Part shown: positions 38,176 through 52,230 of the stretch, piece after piece
How positions within the stretch are numbered: position 1 is the stretch's first letter
Layout of the letters: every line of letters begins with the position of its first letter
Notes under the pieces: model-generated
Seen by the model: the letters and a program-made list of their open reading frames with translations, nothing else
What the model was told of the DNA's origin: nothing
The model's database searches: none
Assembly: GCF_036321535.1 (NCBI RefSeq)
Contig: NC_087437.1
Span: 28,832,001-28,896,000 of the forward strand
From: Camelus dromedarius
Taxonomy: Eukaryota
DNA length: 64,000 bases
Direction of reading: 5' to 3'
Position numbers and translations under genes: made by a program

Positions 38176-39089
38176 GGTATACTGTTCTTGAGGCTGCTAA
38201 GGTTTTGCCACTCCATGTGCCATTTTGTTGTTGTTATTGCTGTTTCTGTTTTTAATAATACAAGTATTAATATTTCTATTAATAGAGATATTAAAATTTC
38301 TGATTCTGTTTCATGCCGTGGAGGCTTTGTGACAACACACCATGGGATTGAGAGTGGGTCTCCTAGAAATTCACATTATGGGATTGAGTCCATTTAAAAT
38401 TGCTCTTTTTCACATTAAATATCTGTTGTCAAATAGCAAGCAAGTATTCAACTTTTTGATGCTTTGTACGATGACATTCGCTGTGTGGGACAAATAGATA
38501 TAAGGCCAAGTATGTACACCTAAAAATATATCCACAAGAACGGTCTGCTGACCTCCTTAGCTGGGTCTCACCTTCAGGCTTGTGGTCTATTTTCAGTCAC
38601 CACAGTCCAGAGCCTGGTCTTCAGTTTTGCAGATCTAGAAACTTGATCTCAACAGTTCACCTAGAGTTCACCAACTCTCAGGCACTGACTCACACCAAGC
38701 CAACTGACAAGAGGATCATTTACCAACCAGAATGTCACTTTATGAGTATACAACGGCTATATCCCAGTCAGAGTAACAGACATCTCCCTTTTTGTTTAAT
38801 CTAATTATGTATCAGAAAGTTGCCTGCAGAGCTTAAAACAAGAACAAAGAGAGACATTCTTGAAAGGCATTTTCAGCAAGATAGAGGAGCTGTTAAGAAT
38901 TGCTTATCCTGGGAGATATCGGTCGTGACAATCAGCATCCAGCCTGTACTTCAAGAAATTCTGCCTGCCTGAGACAGCTTAGCAGCACAGAGACAGAAAA
39001 GTTCACATTTTCTTTTTCTTTTAAAATCAATCACCACCATTATTACTTCTTTACTTGCGAATTACGTTTTAGTAATGACTCCCCATAGT

Positions 39090-39960
39090 GAGTATGGGAG
39101 GACGGGGTGGTAGAGAAGAAGACTGCAATGCTTGCTAAGTTGGAGATACTTAGAAGACATCTGGTTGGAAAGGTACCATATGTCACTGCAAAGGCCATTC
39201 CAGGGCTATAGCACGAGACAGAGGTCTGGGAATTTTCCATGTGCAAATGATACCTGTAACTAAGGAAAAGTCACCCAGGGAGCACGTGCAGACAAGGGAG
39301 AAAAAAAGGCCGGCAAAGGGATGGGGGAATGAACCATAATCAACACCGGCATTGGTAGGACGGACAGAGAAGAGTACTGAGCAGGAAGAAGTGAAGCCAA
39401 AGAAGAACTCGGACAGCCTCCTGAAGAAAGCAGTCTCAGAAGGGAATTTCAGGAAAGAGGTACCTGTATCCATTTTTACAGAAAAGGCCATAAAGAGTCT
39501 GTTGGATTTAGAAACTAGAAAGCATTCGTGTTTAATTGCGAGCACTTTTAAATCATTAAGATAGCAATGATTACTCATCACCCAAGAAGTGTTTAGGTGA
39601 TGATATTGAGGAAAAGAGGTGAGTATTTTGAGAAGGCAGAGATTAGAGATGGAAAAGGTATAAACAGAGACTGCTTGGTAATGGCAGGGGAAACAACGTC
39701 CTTGGGGAAACTGGAAGATGGATGACATCGATGGGGCAAAGGAGAAGGGAGAGTCCAGGGAAGGACTGGCTGTATTTAGTGGGGCTGAATGGTGGTAAAG
39801 CCATCACAGTGGAGGAAAGCCAAAATTGTGAGGCTAGGTCACTGGATGGGTCACTGACTGACAGGAAGACTGTAGGAGTTGTGGAGGAAACTGATTTGAA
39901 AACTGGGGGATAAGAGCACTGAGTAAGGGGGCAGCTAGCAAGATTAGCCGGCATTACTCT
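39090..39960 (-). mobile_element. Decayed L2 fragments
   Basis: Purine-rich antisense L2-like blocks: aagttggagatact...agacagaggtctgggaatt and gttggatttagaaactagaaag. Confidence 0.5.
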
Positions 39961-40493
39961 CAAAAGAGAGGTTTACATGGCAGTGGAGAATAATGTTAAG
40001 AAGCAGTGGGGATCTAGGCGAATGCCTGTCACTTTTCTGGTGTGTTAAGAGTCGTGAGACAGAAAAAATGGCTTCTACTGTGAAAAAGAGTGAGCGGATT
40101 ATTTTACTGGGGAGTTGTCAGCAGCTTTTGGTAAAAGGAGGTTGAGGGTACAGAAGTTTCTTTGGAAAGAGTTGTCTCTCCAGAATACACAGGAAAAAAA
40201 AAAAGGGCAGGGTGGTAGGAAACGTGGTCAGGAGAGAGCAGAAGTGGGAGAAGAGGGGGATAAACTGGATGGAGAAGAAAAATTTGATGACAAGCAAACA
40301 TGTACCCAGGAGGTCACACTAGATCATGAGGATAAAGAAGGCAAGTTGTAGAAGGATCCCAGGATGGAAATAACTGATATTTAAATAGGAACTTTAACAG
40401 TAAGTTTCCCCATAGTCTAGACAGATTGTCCTTAGATGGATGGAAACAGGGAAGACAGAAATAGATTGCCTTCAGGCAGTGATCAAGAGCATG

Positions 40494-41124
40494 TGTGGTG
40501 GATTTTCAAAAAAAAGGGGGGGAGGACTGCAAATTCCTTGGCATTTCTTTCCATTAAGAATTGGGGTCTATGATCCCTCCTCTTGAATCTGAGAGGGTCT
40601 GTGGTTGTTTTGACCAACAGAATACGACAGAAATGATGTACTGTGACTTCTAAGGCTAGATCATAAAAGGCTGAGTAGCTTTGATTGGAACATTCTCTCT
40701 TAGAGCTTCAAGTTACTATATACAAAGCTGACTACCTTGGGGCCACATGCTGGAGAGGCCTCAGGGAGAGGTTACATGATAAGGCTCTGAAAAGAGAAGT
40801 AGGAAGTAGGGGTGTGCGTGCGTGTGTGCATGTGTGTGTCAGAGAGAGAGAGAATGAGAACCCAGAAACTTCTAGCCATTCAAATCATACCAGCCCAGGC
40901 ACCAGACATGTGCATGAAGAGAATGATTCAAACACCCAGCCACTCTAGTCCCTCCAGCTGCTTGGCTCTTAGCTGAGGCCTTCAACATCATGGAGCAAAG
41001 ACAACCCATCTTTGTTGAGACTTGTGTGAAAACCTGACCCACAAAATGGATGCAGAAAATAAAATTGTGGTTATTTGTGAATTAGGGGCAGTAGTTTATT
41101 ATACAGCAACAGATAACCTGAACA
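40494..41124 (+). mobile_element. MaLR solo LTR (MLT1G/H-like)
   Basis: tgtggtgga...ccctcctcttgaatctg...tgaccaacagaatacgacagaaatgatg...ctgtgacttctaaggctagatcataaaagg...cagcaacagataacctgaaca. Confidence 0.8.
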
Positions 41125-41429
41125 GCCTAAGACAGACTACAGTTGGGGTGGGGCTGCTGATGCAGTGCTCTCTCTCACAATTATAGCTTTGGCTTTTTTT
41201 GTCCTTAGGTAGGTGTGGCCAGGGTAGGGGTACACGCTAGGGTGGAGCTGATTTACGAACAGATAGTGTATCCTCAACCAGGGATGATATTCAATGATAT
41301 GTACAGGTACAGGGTACTGGATGATTGGCCAGATGCCCATTCAGACTGGTTAAAGTCAGTGCCTAATCATGGCTAAATATTTCTATTATTATAACCTCTG
41401 CCTTCAAAACAGTGCCAAGCATCTAGAAG

Positions 41430-42130
41430 GCATTTAGTTGGCACCAAAAAGAAATCTCACATGGAGAATAGTTAATTGATAAATTCTATCAAGAAGCTCT
41501 CAGTATAATAGGATTTCACAGAGAAGAGAATTTCAGTTGAACTAGAGTAGACTGAGAATGTATATTCAGGGAGGCAAATGTTACAAAGTTGGATTTAAAG
41601 GTGGAATAGAACTTAATATTCAGGAGCAAGAAGGGAAAGTATGTCAAGCTTGCTTTTTATGTGAGAGTGGGGACATAAAGGAAAAATGAACAAAGTCAGC
41701 AGATTGGGAGGAGGATGGACTTAGGTAGAAGGAAGGGAGAAAAATAGATTCACTGTGGCTCAGTGGACGAGAGAAATTAAGGTTAAGTAGGCAGAATAAA
41801 ACCACACTGTGAAGGAATAATCAAAGAGGTTTGTATTCATTACAGAACACAATAGAAAGCCATGGTAAGTTTTAAATTAAGGGAATGATATTATAGGGAA
41901 TTCAGCAGAGGAGCAAAGATGCTGTTGCTCTAAGCAAGACATTCAGACAATGATGGTGTGGTAAATTGAGGCAGAGGCATAAAATATTTTGTAGGAAGAA
42001 ATAGTGTTTTATGAATAAAACAGAGATGAGAAAAAGAAAAGTCAAAAATGACTGAGGTTCCATCTGGAGAATCAGGAATAATGGCAGTGATTCTGACTGA
42101 AATAGGATGTTGTTGGAAAGGGAAGCAGAA
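41430..42130 (-). mobile_element. Decayed L2 fragment
   Basis: caatagaaagccatggtaagttttaaattaagggaatgat...gtcaaaaatgactgaggtt...actgaaatagg. Confidence 0.55.
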
Positions 42131-42639
42131 AAGTACATATTTTTTTAAAAAGGCATGAAGATAAAGTGTAAGACTCAAAGGCCCCTGTGCAAGAAATATT
42201 ACTCCACTTATTTTTCTATACCTCAGCTTAATTTTCATGAGTCTCTCTTCTGCTAATATGGCAGAAATTTAACTTCACTTTGTTCAGTTCCCCTGCCCTT
42301 CTCCTTGAAGCTGTGACTTAAATCCATAAAGAAGTTTAGTGGATGAAAGAAGGGCATCTCTTCATCTCTTCGGCCAAGAAGGCCACCCTGTCATCTCTCA
42401 ACACTGACACTCATGAGCAAGCCTGTGTCTGTGCAGCAGTGCTCAGTCACTCCTTGTTGCCATTCCCATGAGCCCTTCATTTCTGGCTCTGTGAGCAGAT
42501 ACCATGCCCTTCTCGGAATAATAGCATCGGACTGCTGGGGTATGAGGCTGGCATGGGGCATCCTGTGAGCTCGCCCAGGCCATTCCCTTGGATATACCAC
42601 AAAGTTATTTCTATTCAGGGGCTTTCCCGCCTCTTAGGA

Positions 42640-43995
42640 AAATGTAAAAAGAACTAATCTTGGAACATAAAAAAAAGAAGGATGTAGTAAGAAAAAGTAT
42701 GGGTAAAAAGAACAGATTTTCCTCCTTTCCAGTTTTCTAAATTGTTTAATGATTGAAGCAAAATTATAATACTGTTTGATTTGTTTCTAAATGTATGTAG
42801 AGAAAATATATAAGACAATTATAAATGAGGGAGGGTAAAGAAACATAAAGGGGAGGTAAAGTTTCTACACTTAATTTGAACTGGTAAAATAATGAAAACA
42901 GTAAATGGGAAAAGTTATGTCCATACAATGTAATAGGTAAAACTACAACTAAAAAGGAGTTATGCAAACTGATACACTCAAAAACAATATAGATAAAACA
43001 AAATGGAATGCTAAAAAATATGTAAGTAACCCACAGAAAGACATAAAAAAGACAACAGAAACAAAAAAAAGAGAGATAGAAAAAAGATATGATTTAAAAC
43101 CTAACATATCAATAATTACATTAAATGTAAATGGGCCTAAATACACCACATAAAATGCACAGATTAGCATACTTGATTTAAAAACATGACCCAACTTCAT
43201 TCTGTCTATAAGAAACTTACTTCTAATATAATAATACAGGCAGACTGAAAGTAAAAGATTCAAGATACATCTTATAAACACTGAAGAAATACAGGAGTAG
43301 CTTTATTAATGGCAGATAAACTTCACTTCAGAGTAAAGAAAACTAGCAGAGACAGCAATGAATATTTTATAATAATAAAAGGGTCAGTCCACCAAGAAGA
43401 CATAGCAGTATTAAATGTAAATGCACCAAAAAAACAGAGTTGCAAAATACGTGAAGCAAAAACTGAAAGAACTGAAGGGAGAAATAAACAAATTCAAAAA
43501 TGTATTTGGAGGCTTCAACATTCCCCTTTCAACAACTGATAAAACTGCTAGACTAAGTATCAGCAAGGATATAAAACTCCACAACACAATCAACCAAGAG
43601 GCTCCAATTGACATTTATAGAACACTCCACCCAACAATAGCATTATAGAACACTCACATCCTGTGCCACAGGACAAACTTCAAAAAATTTAAAGGAATTG
43701 AGATAGTGTGTTCTCTGACCACTATGGACACAAAAGAAATCAATTAGAGAAAGATAACAGGAAAATATCCACACACTTGGAGACTAAAAAATACACTATA
43801 AATAATCCATAAATAATCCATGAGTCAGGAGGAAGTCTCAAGGGAAATTTTAAAAAGTTCTTTCAGAAAATAGAAGATGAAGGAATACTCACCAGTTTAT
43901 TACGTGAAACTAGTATGCCAAAACCAGACAAAGAGCACCTAATAATAAAAATAAAAAATTTTTTAAACTATAACATCCCTGATGAATAGAGGACA
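42640..43995 (+). mobile_element. Old L1 fragment spanning the ORF1 end, spacer and ORF2 endonuclease domain (frameshifted)
   Basis: Translations NISIITLNVNG (ORF 42962-43153), IIIKGSVHQEDIAVLNVNAP (ORF 43309-43539) and GGFNIPLS...DIYRTLHP (ORF 43421-43648), plus tctgaccac (SDH), match L1 APE-type endonuclease motifs. Confidence 0.92.
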
Positions 43996-43996
43996 G

Positions 43997-44290
43997 AAAT
44001 ACAGGAAGAAATAGACTCACAGTCATACAATACAGACTTGTGGTTGCCAGGGTGGTGGAGGGTGGGAAGGGAGAGACTGGGATTTCAAAATTGTAGAATA
44101 GATAAACAAGATTATACTGTATAGCACAGGGAAAGATACACAAAATCTTATGGTAGCTCACAGAGGGAAAAATGTGATAATAAGTGTGTATATGTCCATG
44201 TATGTCTGAAAAATTGTGCTGAACACTAGAATTTGACACAACATTGTAAAATGATTATAAATCAATAAAAAATGTTTAAAAAAAAAAGAA
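43997..44290 (+). mobile_element. Younger lineage-specific L1 3' UTR end with A tail (copy 1)
   Basis: agactcacag...cttgtggttgccaggg...ctgtatagcacaggg...gacacaacattgtaaaatgattataaatcaataaaaaatgttt followed by an A run; closely matches 54631-54921. Confidence 0.88.
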
Positions 44291-44369
44291 AGAAAATGGA
44301 GAAAATCACAGTGTACCGTCAGGGTAAGTCTGGCCATATAAGTGCTTAACAAATTAAGGGCTAACATTC

Positions 44370-44585
44370 TATGGTGTTTAAGAGTGAGACTCAGTTGGGT
44401 TCAAATCCTAGCACAGACAATTATTAAGCATGAGAAATGGGGCAAGATACTTAACCTTTCTGAGCCTCAGTTTCCTCATCCAAAAAAATAGGGTCAGTAA
44501 TTCCTCCCTCACTGGGTTCTTAGTATAAATGAGATCATTTGTCTGAAGCTCTCTGTACAACTGCCTGGCACTTAGTAAGGGCTCA
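44370..44585 (+). mobile_element. MIR SINE
   Basis: gggttcaaatcctagc...gggcaagatacttaacctttctgagcctcagtttcctcatc. Confidence 0.85.
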
Positions 44586-46779
44586 GGGAATGGTGGATGC
44601 TGGAGGGTGAGGCTGGGAACCTGTGCAGTGGAGCTGCGAGAGGCCGCCTGAGGAGGTCAGTGGAATCAGCTGTAGGGAGAAGGAAACGAGAGGCTTGGAG
44701 TCAAACCAAAAGGACTCAGCTGAGGAGACCAGGGAAGCAAAGAAGGAAAGGAGGAAATATGGTGCCTAAGAAACCCAGAAGGAGGTAGTGACAAGCAGGG
44801 GTAGGTGAGGAAAGAGAATGAGGGTAGAGGGAGACAAGAAGACAGACTTAGCAATAAGGAAGTGACAGAATGGAGGGGGAGCAAGCCAGAGGGCACAGGG
44901 TCAAGAAGGAAATATTAAGACACATTGTGTTCTCAAGGAAAGATTAAGAGCCAGTTGCTCTGAAAGGTCAAGTAGCAAAATGTGTTGATTCTGAAGTGTG
45001 ATGTTGTTGAGTGTGTGTCTTTGTTTATATTGCTGTTGTTGTTCAAGTCCCAGACTGTAAAAGAACAAGCAGACCCTGGTTGCCAGGGTATATTATTCCT
45101 GCTGCCTCCAAATCCAATTCTGGCAAGCACAGTCATTCCCCATGGTATTCCTGTTAGAGTTCATACAGTTCTCATTAGGACTTGAAATCTTTTCAGCCTT
45201 GTCAAATTCCATTATACGGCACAGCAGATCTTAACCTGTAGATTGTAGTGTTTCTTTTCACATCTACTCTGTTTTAAAATCAACTGCTGAAAGTAGTATT
45301 AATCTTTTTGTGTTCTTATATTTAAGTTTTTTTTCCATAATAAAATTTTCACTTTATTAAGTGTCCAGCAATTTAAAAAGTAAACTCTCCTTGTAAATTT
45401 CCAAAAAAAAAATTTTTTTTTTGAAATAACAACAGTGGGATTTTTTAAACCCATTTGCATGTTAATTTGTAAAGTATTTCAAGTAGTTCATTGTTCTCTA
45501 TATATTTACTTCATATCAGAAGTATTCAAGCTTCCCTTGTGATCTGTCAGAAGACCAAGTAAATAAAAATAATAATAACGCTTAATACCACAAATATCTA
45601 GAATTTCAAAATTGTTTTTTTTTAATAAAAACAATTTGGAGTGAAACTTGAGTTTATCCTAATTATATGCAAGTGATAGATAATACTATGAAACTGCCTA
45701 ATTACATCGGTGATTTTCCCATAATGCACTTAGCTCCATATTGCTACTATTATTTCTTCCAACATTAGTTAAAATTAAGTCTGCCTTTGTTGTGACAAGT
45801 ACCTTCAAGTAATTTTCTCTTTCAACAGTTCATTTTATGGATGTTAGACAACTATTCTCATAATACTACATTGACGCCTAACAGCAGTATATTTTCTTCA
45901 GTACAAATAATATAAAACTGAATACACTTCATAATTTCCAAATCTATAACAAATAAATGATTAAATTAAATTAAACATTTCTGCAATTATATTTTATGTC
46001 ATTTAGAAAAATCTATCAACTTCTCTGAACACTAATGTATCTCAGGGATCTCTTTGACCTTTTGAAAAAAATCAAATGTACTTTCTTAAAAAATTAAAAG
46101 TTATACTTGGCATCTATTTACCTAGAGGCTTGTACATTTTTACCAACGACATGTAGAATTTTCTTTGATTTTTCAGTATGACTCTTCCTTTAAAAATATT
46201 GCAAAAAGATGGGAAATGTAAACTACATTTTAAAATGAGAAAAATTTTGCTTTTACAGCCAAAATAGGGACTATTCCAAATTCAACAAAATACACTGAGT
46301 GTATGCTAATTGAGACATGATGAGATCAGAACTTCTGAGGGGACACTGTTGTGAAAGACCAGAAAAGATCAATAGGAGGCGTGATCAATAGGATTCATTG
46401 AACATAGAGGGGATGAGGGAGAGGGAGCAGTCTAGACCTATATAACTTCCAAATTTCTAGCTTGAGCAATGAGTGGAGGGAACGCTGGAGCCACTCACCA
46501 GGCCTGAGAAAAGGGATGGGGAATTAATTGACTTTCTCATTTGATTAATTGGGTCCAAAAGTAGAGTTCTAAAAAATACAGTTTTGTATTTTCCAGTCTA
46601 CTCATTTGCTTTTATTTAAAAGTGTCATGTTATACACAGAGCAAGATTTAAATATTCTGAAGAAATACTGGTTAGAGGGCAGCTGAAACTGTCATATGAT
46701 TGCTAAATATAATTGCTAGAGTCATCTGGTTCAGAACTGGGCCAAGTATCCAACTTTGTCAAGCAAAGAAGTCATTTTT

Positions 46780-47135
46780 TCTGCATTCAACAGATGGATT
46801 ATGAGTGCCTACTGTGTATCAGGTACCACTATAAGAGCTGGAGATAGAATAGAGAGGAAAAAGAAACCAGACACAATTCTTTTTCTCATTGTGTTTACAA
46901 TGTACTGCAAAAATATAAATGTTGAGTAGAAAACAATTAAGATAATTTATCTCAGACACTTACAGTGCTACAAAGAAAATAAAAATAAGGAACATAGTAA
47001 GAAAGAGTGACTAGGGTGGGGAAGAAGTATATGACAGTATGCTTGCCTGAAGGACTGGCCTTTGACCTGAGCCTTGCACGATGCAGAGCCAGCTGTGCCG
47101 AGAATTAGAGGAAGACCTTTTAGACAATGGACTTC
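46780..47135 (-). mobile_element. L2 3' fragment
   Basis: cattcaacagatggattatgagtgcctactgtgtatcaggtaccactataagagctggagatag. Confidence 0.75.
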
Positions 47136-49129
47136 CTAGACAGAGGCAGCAATCTGTTTGGAAGAAGTCTCAGGGGACTTGTTTTTGAAGTGACATTTGC
47201 ATAGAGAACACACTCTACCTACTTATAGTGCATATTTATTTGAGATGGAAGGAGCTGACACATACAGACACACAAAAGTGACTGAGTGTACTCTCTTCAC
47301 AACTACCAAGCTGTACTTTGGGCTACCTGCAGTTCCAAGCAGTACCAAGCAGTTCCCAGGGAGAAGAGCAAAAGAAAAGGCACCATAGCAGAAAACTAGC
47401 TTGGCTCTCCCAGGAGTTGGAACATGTAAAGAGACAGAGGCGTGAGTAGAAAGGGATGAGCTCAGGGAGGAGGGTGGGGAGGGCCACAGCATACCCGATC
47501 TAGCAGACCATAGTAGGGGGATTAGAGGGGCCAAGCAGAGAAGTGATGGGGGTGTAATTTCTGTTTTCTATATTAAATCCCCAAGTCATCATCTGGTGCA
47601 ATTACTGTTTTTAGTAGTCACTAAGAGAAAAACAGTATATTTAGAAAGAAAAAATGCAAAACATTTGTTATATTTGCAATGTTTTTATGTAAACTACCTT
47701 CTTTAGGCTGTATCTAAGTTAGAGATGCCATATTACTGCTTACGATTAACAAATGTGTGTAAAGAGGAGAAATACAGCATTATCTCAAAATGGCATTTGC
47801 TGACGCTGAAAAGTGCACTTAATTCGTGTTCTGGAGAGTGTTCTGTTTACTGCCTGCGTAATAACAATACTCTTAAGATTTGTTGAACACCTTATTAAAG
47901 ATAACTGGCATAGCTAAGGCAAGACAGAAAAGCAGACAAACTCTCTGATTAGTGAAGCATGTAGTTGCCTCAAGACACTGGTAATGCTCTTCCACTAATG
48001 GTACCAAATATCTGATGATTTGAAGCATTTTCTTTGGGGCAGAATAGGAATACTCAATTTTTAAATTTTTCCTTGAGCTTTTTACAAATATGGGAAAATC
48101 TCTCATCTGCTCTAGCAATTTCAGGTTATATGAAAACAGAGGGATGAACTGCTTAAGAACATCATGAAGGTTTTCTTACATGATATTGGGAAAATATGAG
48201 AATCTTTTTTGATACAGAATCTGTAACAATAAACATGGGATCATTAAGAGCAAGATTTTTTTTTCTCTCTTGAGAAACCCAAACCCAAGGACTTTTTGGA
48301 TGGAAAATATTTTTAAAGTGTGGTTAATGCCAGGTACTTGAGTTAAGTAGTTGATTGACTGGACCATTGATTCATTCATTCGTTCATTCTACAAACAATT
48401 ACACACCTACTGCTCTTTTGGATGACAGCCAGGAAAAAATCATTATTAAATGCATCATCTGTATAATCAAATTGTTTACAGCCTAGTTGATGAAGTAAAG
48501 CAGAAACATAAAATGTTTACATGCAGGAGAAATAATGTGAGACAGCAGCAGAAGAGATAGCACAAAGCAGCACAGGTTTTGAATACCAGATAGCACTGCA
48601 GACTGTTAGGGCGATGGGAGCCTTCAGAAAGCTGAGTTTACTCGGCTGGGCTCCCTCCTGTCTGGACATTTTCTCAAAGTGTGCAGACAGGTTTCTTCAA
48701 CAGTATACACCTCACTGAGGTCATGTCGGGGTTAAGGTTTACATTTGAACAGCAGAAAATGTACAGGTCCCAAGTCAGTTTCACCATAACAGTTTTATAT
48801 CCTTAAAAGGGAATGTTTTCCCCCCATAATCAAAAAGATCTTTCATTTATTCCATCGTGCTCTATTATTTTCTTTAGTGAACAGACACTTTAAATTGCAT
48901 ACTTTTAAAGCTTTGAAAGAAGCCTTTCAGAAATCCATCATTAGTCTTCTCTCCTTCGAAGGACTAGATCCTCCCTCAATGTTTTTTAATCAGAAGCAGG
49001 AGGCAGCCATAGACAAGCATTAAGAAGATTTCTTTAAAAGAAATTTTAAAGAAATTTCTGACCAGTATGCTCAAATAGAGGTATGAATTGCCTGAGAGTG
49101 ACTTTTCTTCCTTATATGAAATTGAGAAA

Positions 49130-50270
49130 ACATCATAGAAATTTTTTTAAGTTTCAGAATTTTAAAGCTACACAACATACTGTAAAATTGTAACTTCGGC
49201 TCATTTTCTCTCTCTTCTACTCCACTCCCCTCACCTTTCCTTCCTGAACAATGTAGTTCTAAAGCCATTAGGTGAAGCAGAGCGAGGTAGACATCTACGC
49301 CCGTCTGGGGGAGTTGCAGTGGTCCAGATCCCAGATCAGGAAGCCAGAGCCCCAGCAGGTTGAGAGGGCATCTTTGTAGGAGGGTGGCCAGGCATGGGAT
49401 GTAAAGCTTAAGAAGAGTAAGAAGGGTGTCCAGAGGAGTAGCTGTCCCTGAGTGGCCCAATCAAGGTCAACATAATTATCAAAATAAATAAAAATGGCAA
49501 AGAGCAACTATAGCCCACTGAGTATCAGAGACAGCCATGAGTCCACACAGATACAAATAAATAAATGAATAAACTGGAAGTTTGATGAGGAATAAGATAC
49601 TAACCCAGTTTCAAAGCACCAGCCCACAAAACAATTATTGATTACTAAAAGGAAAACTAACTTTATAGTGGAGAAGTTCTGCAGACTCCACCTTAATTTA
49701 GTGATCAAAGTGAACTTCTTTAGTAATGGAACTAATCAAAATCGTGTGCCTTCTGATAGGCTACAGCAAGAATAGAGCATTACTTCTGCACTATTCCTAC
49801 CAAAGATGTGCAACCTGAATCTAATTAGATGAAAACATCAGACAAACCCAAATTAAGAACATTCTACAAAACCACTGGCCTTTAAATGTCAAGTGTCAAG
49901 GTCATGATGGTCAAAGAAAGACAGGAGACCGCTCCCAGAAAAGGAGACTAAACAGACCTGACAACTACATGTATCTTGTGACTCTAAGCTGGATCCTTTT
50001 GTTATAAAACACATTATTGGGCCAACTGGTGAAATTTAAATGGGGTCTGAGGATTAAATACTAGTGATGCTTTTGTAGTGATTTCTTGGTTTCAATGGTT
50101 GTATTATAGTTGTGTAGGAAAAGGTCCTTGTTTGTAAAAAATGCACATCACGGTATTCTGGGGTAATGAGATATCAGGCTGGCAATTTGTCCTCAATGGT
50201 TTAGGAAAATAAAAAGTTTCTCTCACTGTTGCCTCCAACTTATCAGTCAGTTTGTGGTTGTTTTAAAAAT
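49130..50270 (+). mobile_element. Old L1 3' UTR (L1MC/L1MD-like)
   Basis: actttatagtggagaag...caccttaatttagtgatcaaagt...aacctgaatctaat...aaacatcagacaaacccaaattaagaacattctacaaaa. Confidence 0.75.
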
Positions 50271-51848
50271 CATAGTTTTCAATTTGCTTTTGGAGTCAAT
50301 GGCAATCTGTTAGTATTGATCATGTACATTGTTGCTGAACACATCATGATTTAAACATAATCCAAGTGGCATTAGAAAGCATTTTATCTGATCACCTGAC
50401 AATGAGGACAGCACAGACCGTCACTGGGGTTATAGCATTCATATGCTCACGCAGCATAGTCTCTCGCCATTTAAAAAAAGGGGAGCATATCTTGGTGATC
50501 AAGTGATTGTTAAGTAGAAAATAGGATGATTTATTTTAGTGTTATAAGGTTATTTTCAGTATTGAAGTTGAAAGCATGTGATTTTTTTTTAGATGCAGTC
50601 TCATCGTTCAAAAAAAAAGTCATTTTTATACATTAAAGAACTCAGAGCCAGATAAGACATATATACTGCAACCTTGGCTAATGTAACAGCCTAATCCAGT
50701 TTTAAAAATTAACTTTATAATTTATTCTATAACTTCAAACTTATTCATGCTTTAGCTCTTTAAAAATACGTAATTTAACTAAATTGGATCTGTGATAAAA
50801 GTACCTATCCAAAGAGATTTAAACAGAAATTATAACCCCAAATTAGCAGTAATAAAAACTGACATTTATTAAGTGGTCCCAAGTAAAAGGATATTTCTCT
50901 CTAGACAGACACATGCATCACATGTGGATATAAATATACATACATATATATATTTATTTATAATACTGTAGTGTTCACAATACTATGTGTTAGATGCTAT
51001 TATTAGAGCTATGTTATAAATAAGTAAATTGAAGTCTAAGAGGTTACATAAAGTCATACAAGCTGTTATGTGAAAGGCATGGGTTGTTATGCAAAAATGT
51101 ATTCCAACTATCCATGCTCATAAAGCTCTTTGCTAACCAACCTTCTGATGTAGTATGGCTGTCTTTAGAACTGCACAGGGTCCAGAGCAGTGATGCCCCT
51201 AAACCACTGTGCCCTACTACTCCCAGATGCTAGTGTTCTAGGAAATCCGGTCAAGCGCCATATCTGAAGAAACTGAGTGGAAAGAAGTAACACAAGGACA
51301 ACACCCAGCCTCTTACAAGAGGACAAATGAAATAACTCACTTGAGGGGTGGTGGGAATTATGAGCTGACTGCATTCATCTGAACCTTTCTTAAGTCTTTT
51401 TGACACAAATGTGCTAACATACTTTTCCCAATTAACAGCCTCTGTGATTCACTGCCCTAAGCAAACAGAAGCCCCAAAGGAAGGGACCCAATATAATCCT
51501 CACCTCTCCCCACATACCCTGATTATCACAGTCATCTGCATGTGCACTGACTGGGGAAGGAGGCAACAGTTAGGAGAAACATTGATTATCTTTGCAACTT
51601 CAAGTCCAATCTGTTTGAGAAATTGTATGATACCAGTTTAATTTGAAGTGAGTGAAGAATACTAATAGAATTCCAAATTATGGCCTACGTTTCCATATTC
51701 ATAAAGCAGTAATTGCTGGTTTATTGTTTAATAAACATTCTTGGGTTATTATTCCTATTTTAAATATAAATTTGCTGTGATAAAACTGCTCTTGGATAAA
51801 GTTCAGAATCACTGTATTTTACTAATCTAATCATAAAAGTAACTTTCT

Positions 51849-52230
51849 TGCTATGGACTGAATGTGTCCACCCCAAAATTCATGTGTTGAAGCCCTAACC
51901 TCTAGCATGACTATATTTGGAGATAGAGCTTTTAGAAGTAATTAAGTTAAGAGCTAATAAGGGTGGGTTGCTAATTGGATAGAACTGTTGACTTGATGAG
52001 AAGAGGAAGACATCTCTCTCTTCAAGAACAGGCACACATTGAGGAAAGGCCATGTGAGCACACAGAGAGAAGGCGCCATCCGCTAGCCAGGAAGAGAGCT
52101 CTCGTTAGACTCCAACCATGCACCCTGATCTTGAACTTCCAGCCTCCAAAACTGTGAGAAAATACATTTCTGTTGTTTAAGCCACCCAGTCCTTGCTATT
52201 TTGTTCTGGCAGCCTGAACTAACTGAGATA
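51849..52230 (+). mobile_element. MaLR solo LTR (MLT1A-like)
   Basis: tgctatggactgaatgtgtcc...ccaaaattcatgtgttgaagccctaacc...ttccagcctccaaaactgtgagaaaatacatttctgttgtttaagccacccagt. Flanks tttct/tttcc. Confidence 0.9.

Noticed and set aside
39183..39728. 181-codon minus-strand ORF
   Set aside because: Low-complexity Phe/Ser/Leu-rich translation of a purine-rich decayed L2 region with no recognisable motifs
42290..42640. GC-elevated block that might be a pseudogene fragment
   Set aside because: The frames I translated gave no recognisable protein, and no polyA tail with TSD is evident
42962..43648. Endonuclease-like peptides as a possible gene
   Set aside because: Frameshifted, stop-containing pieces of L1 ORF2
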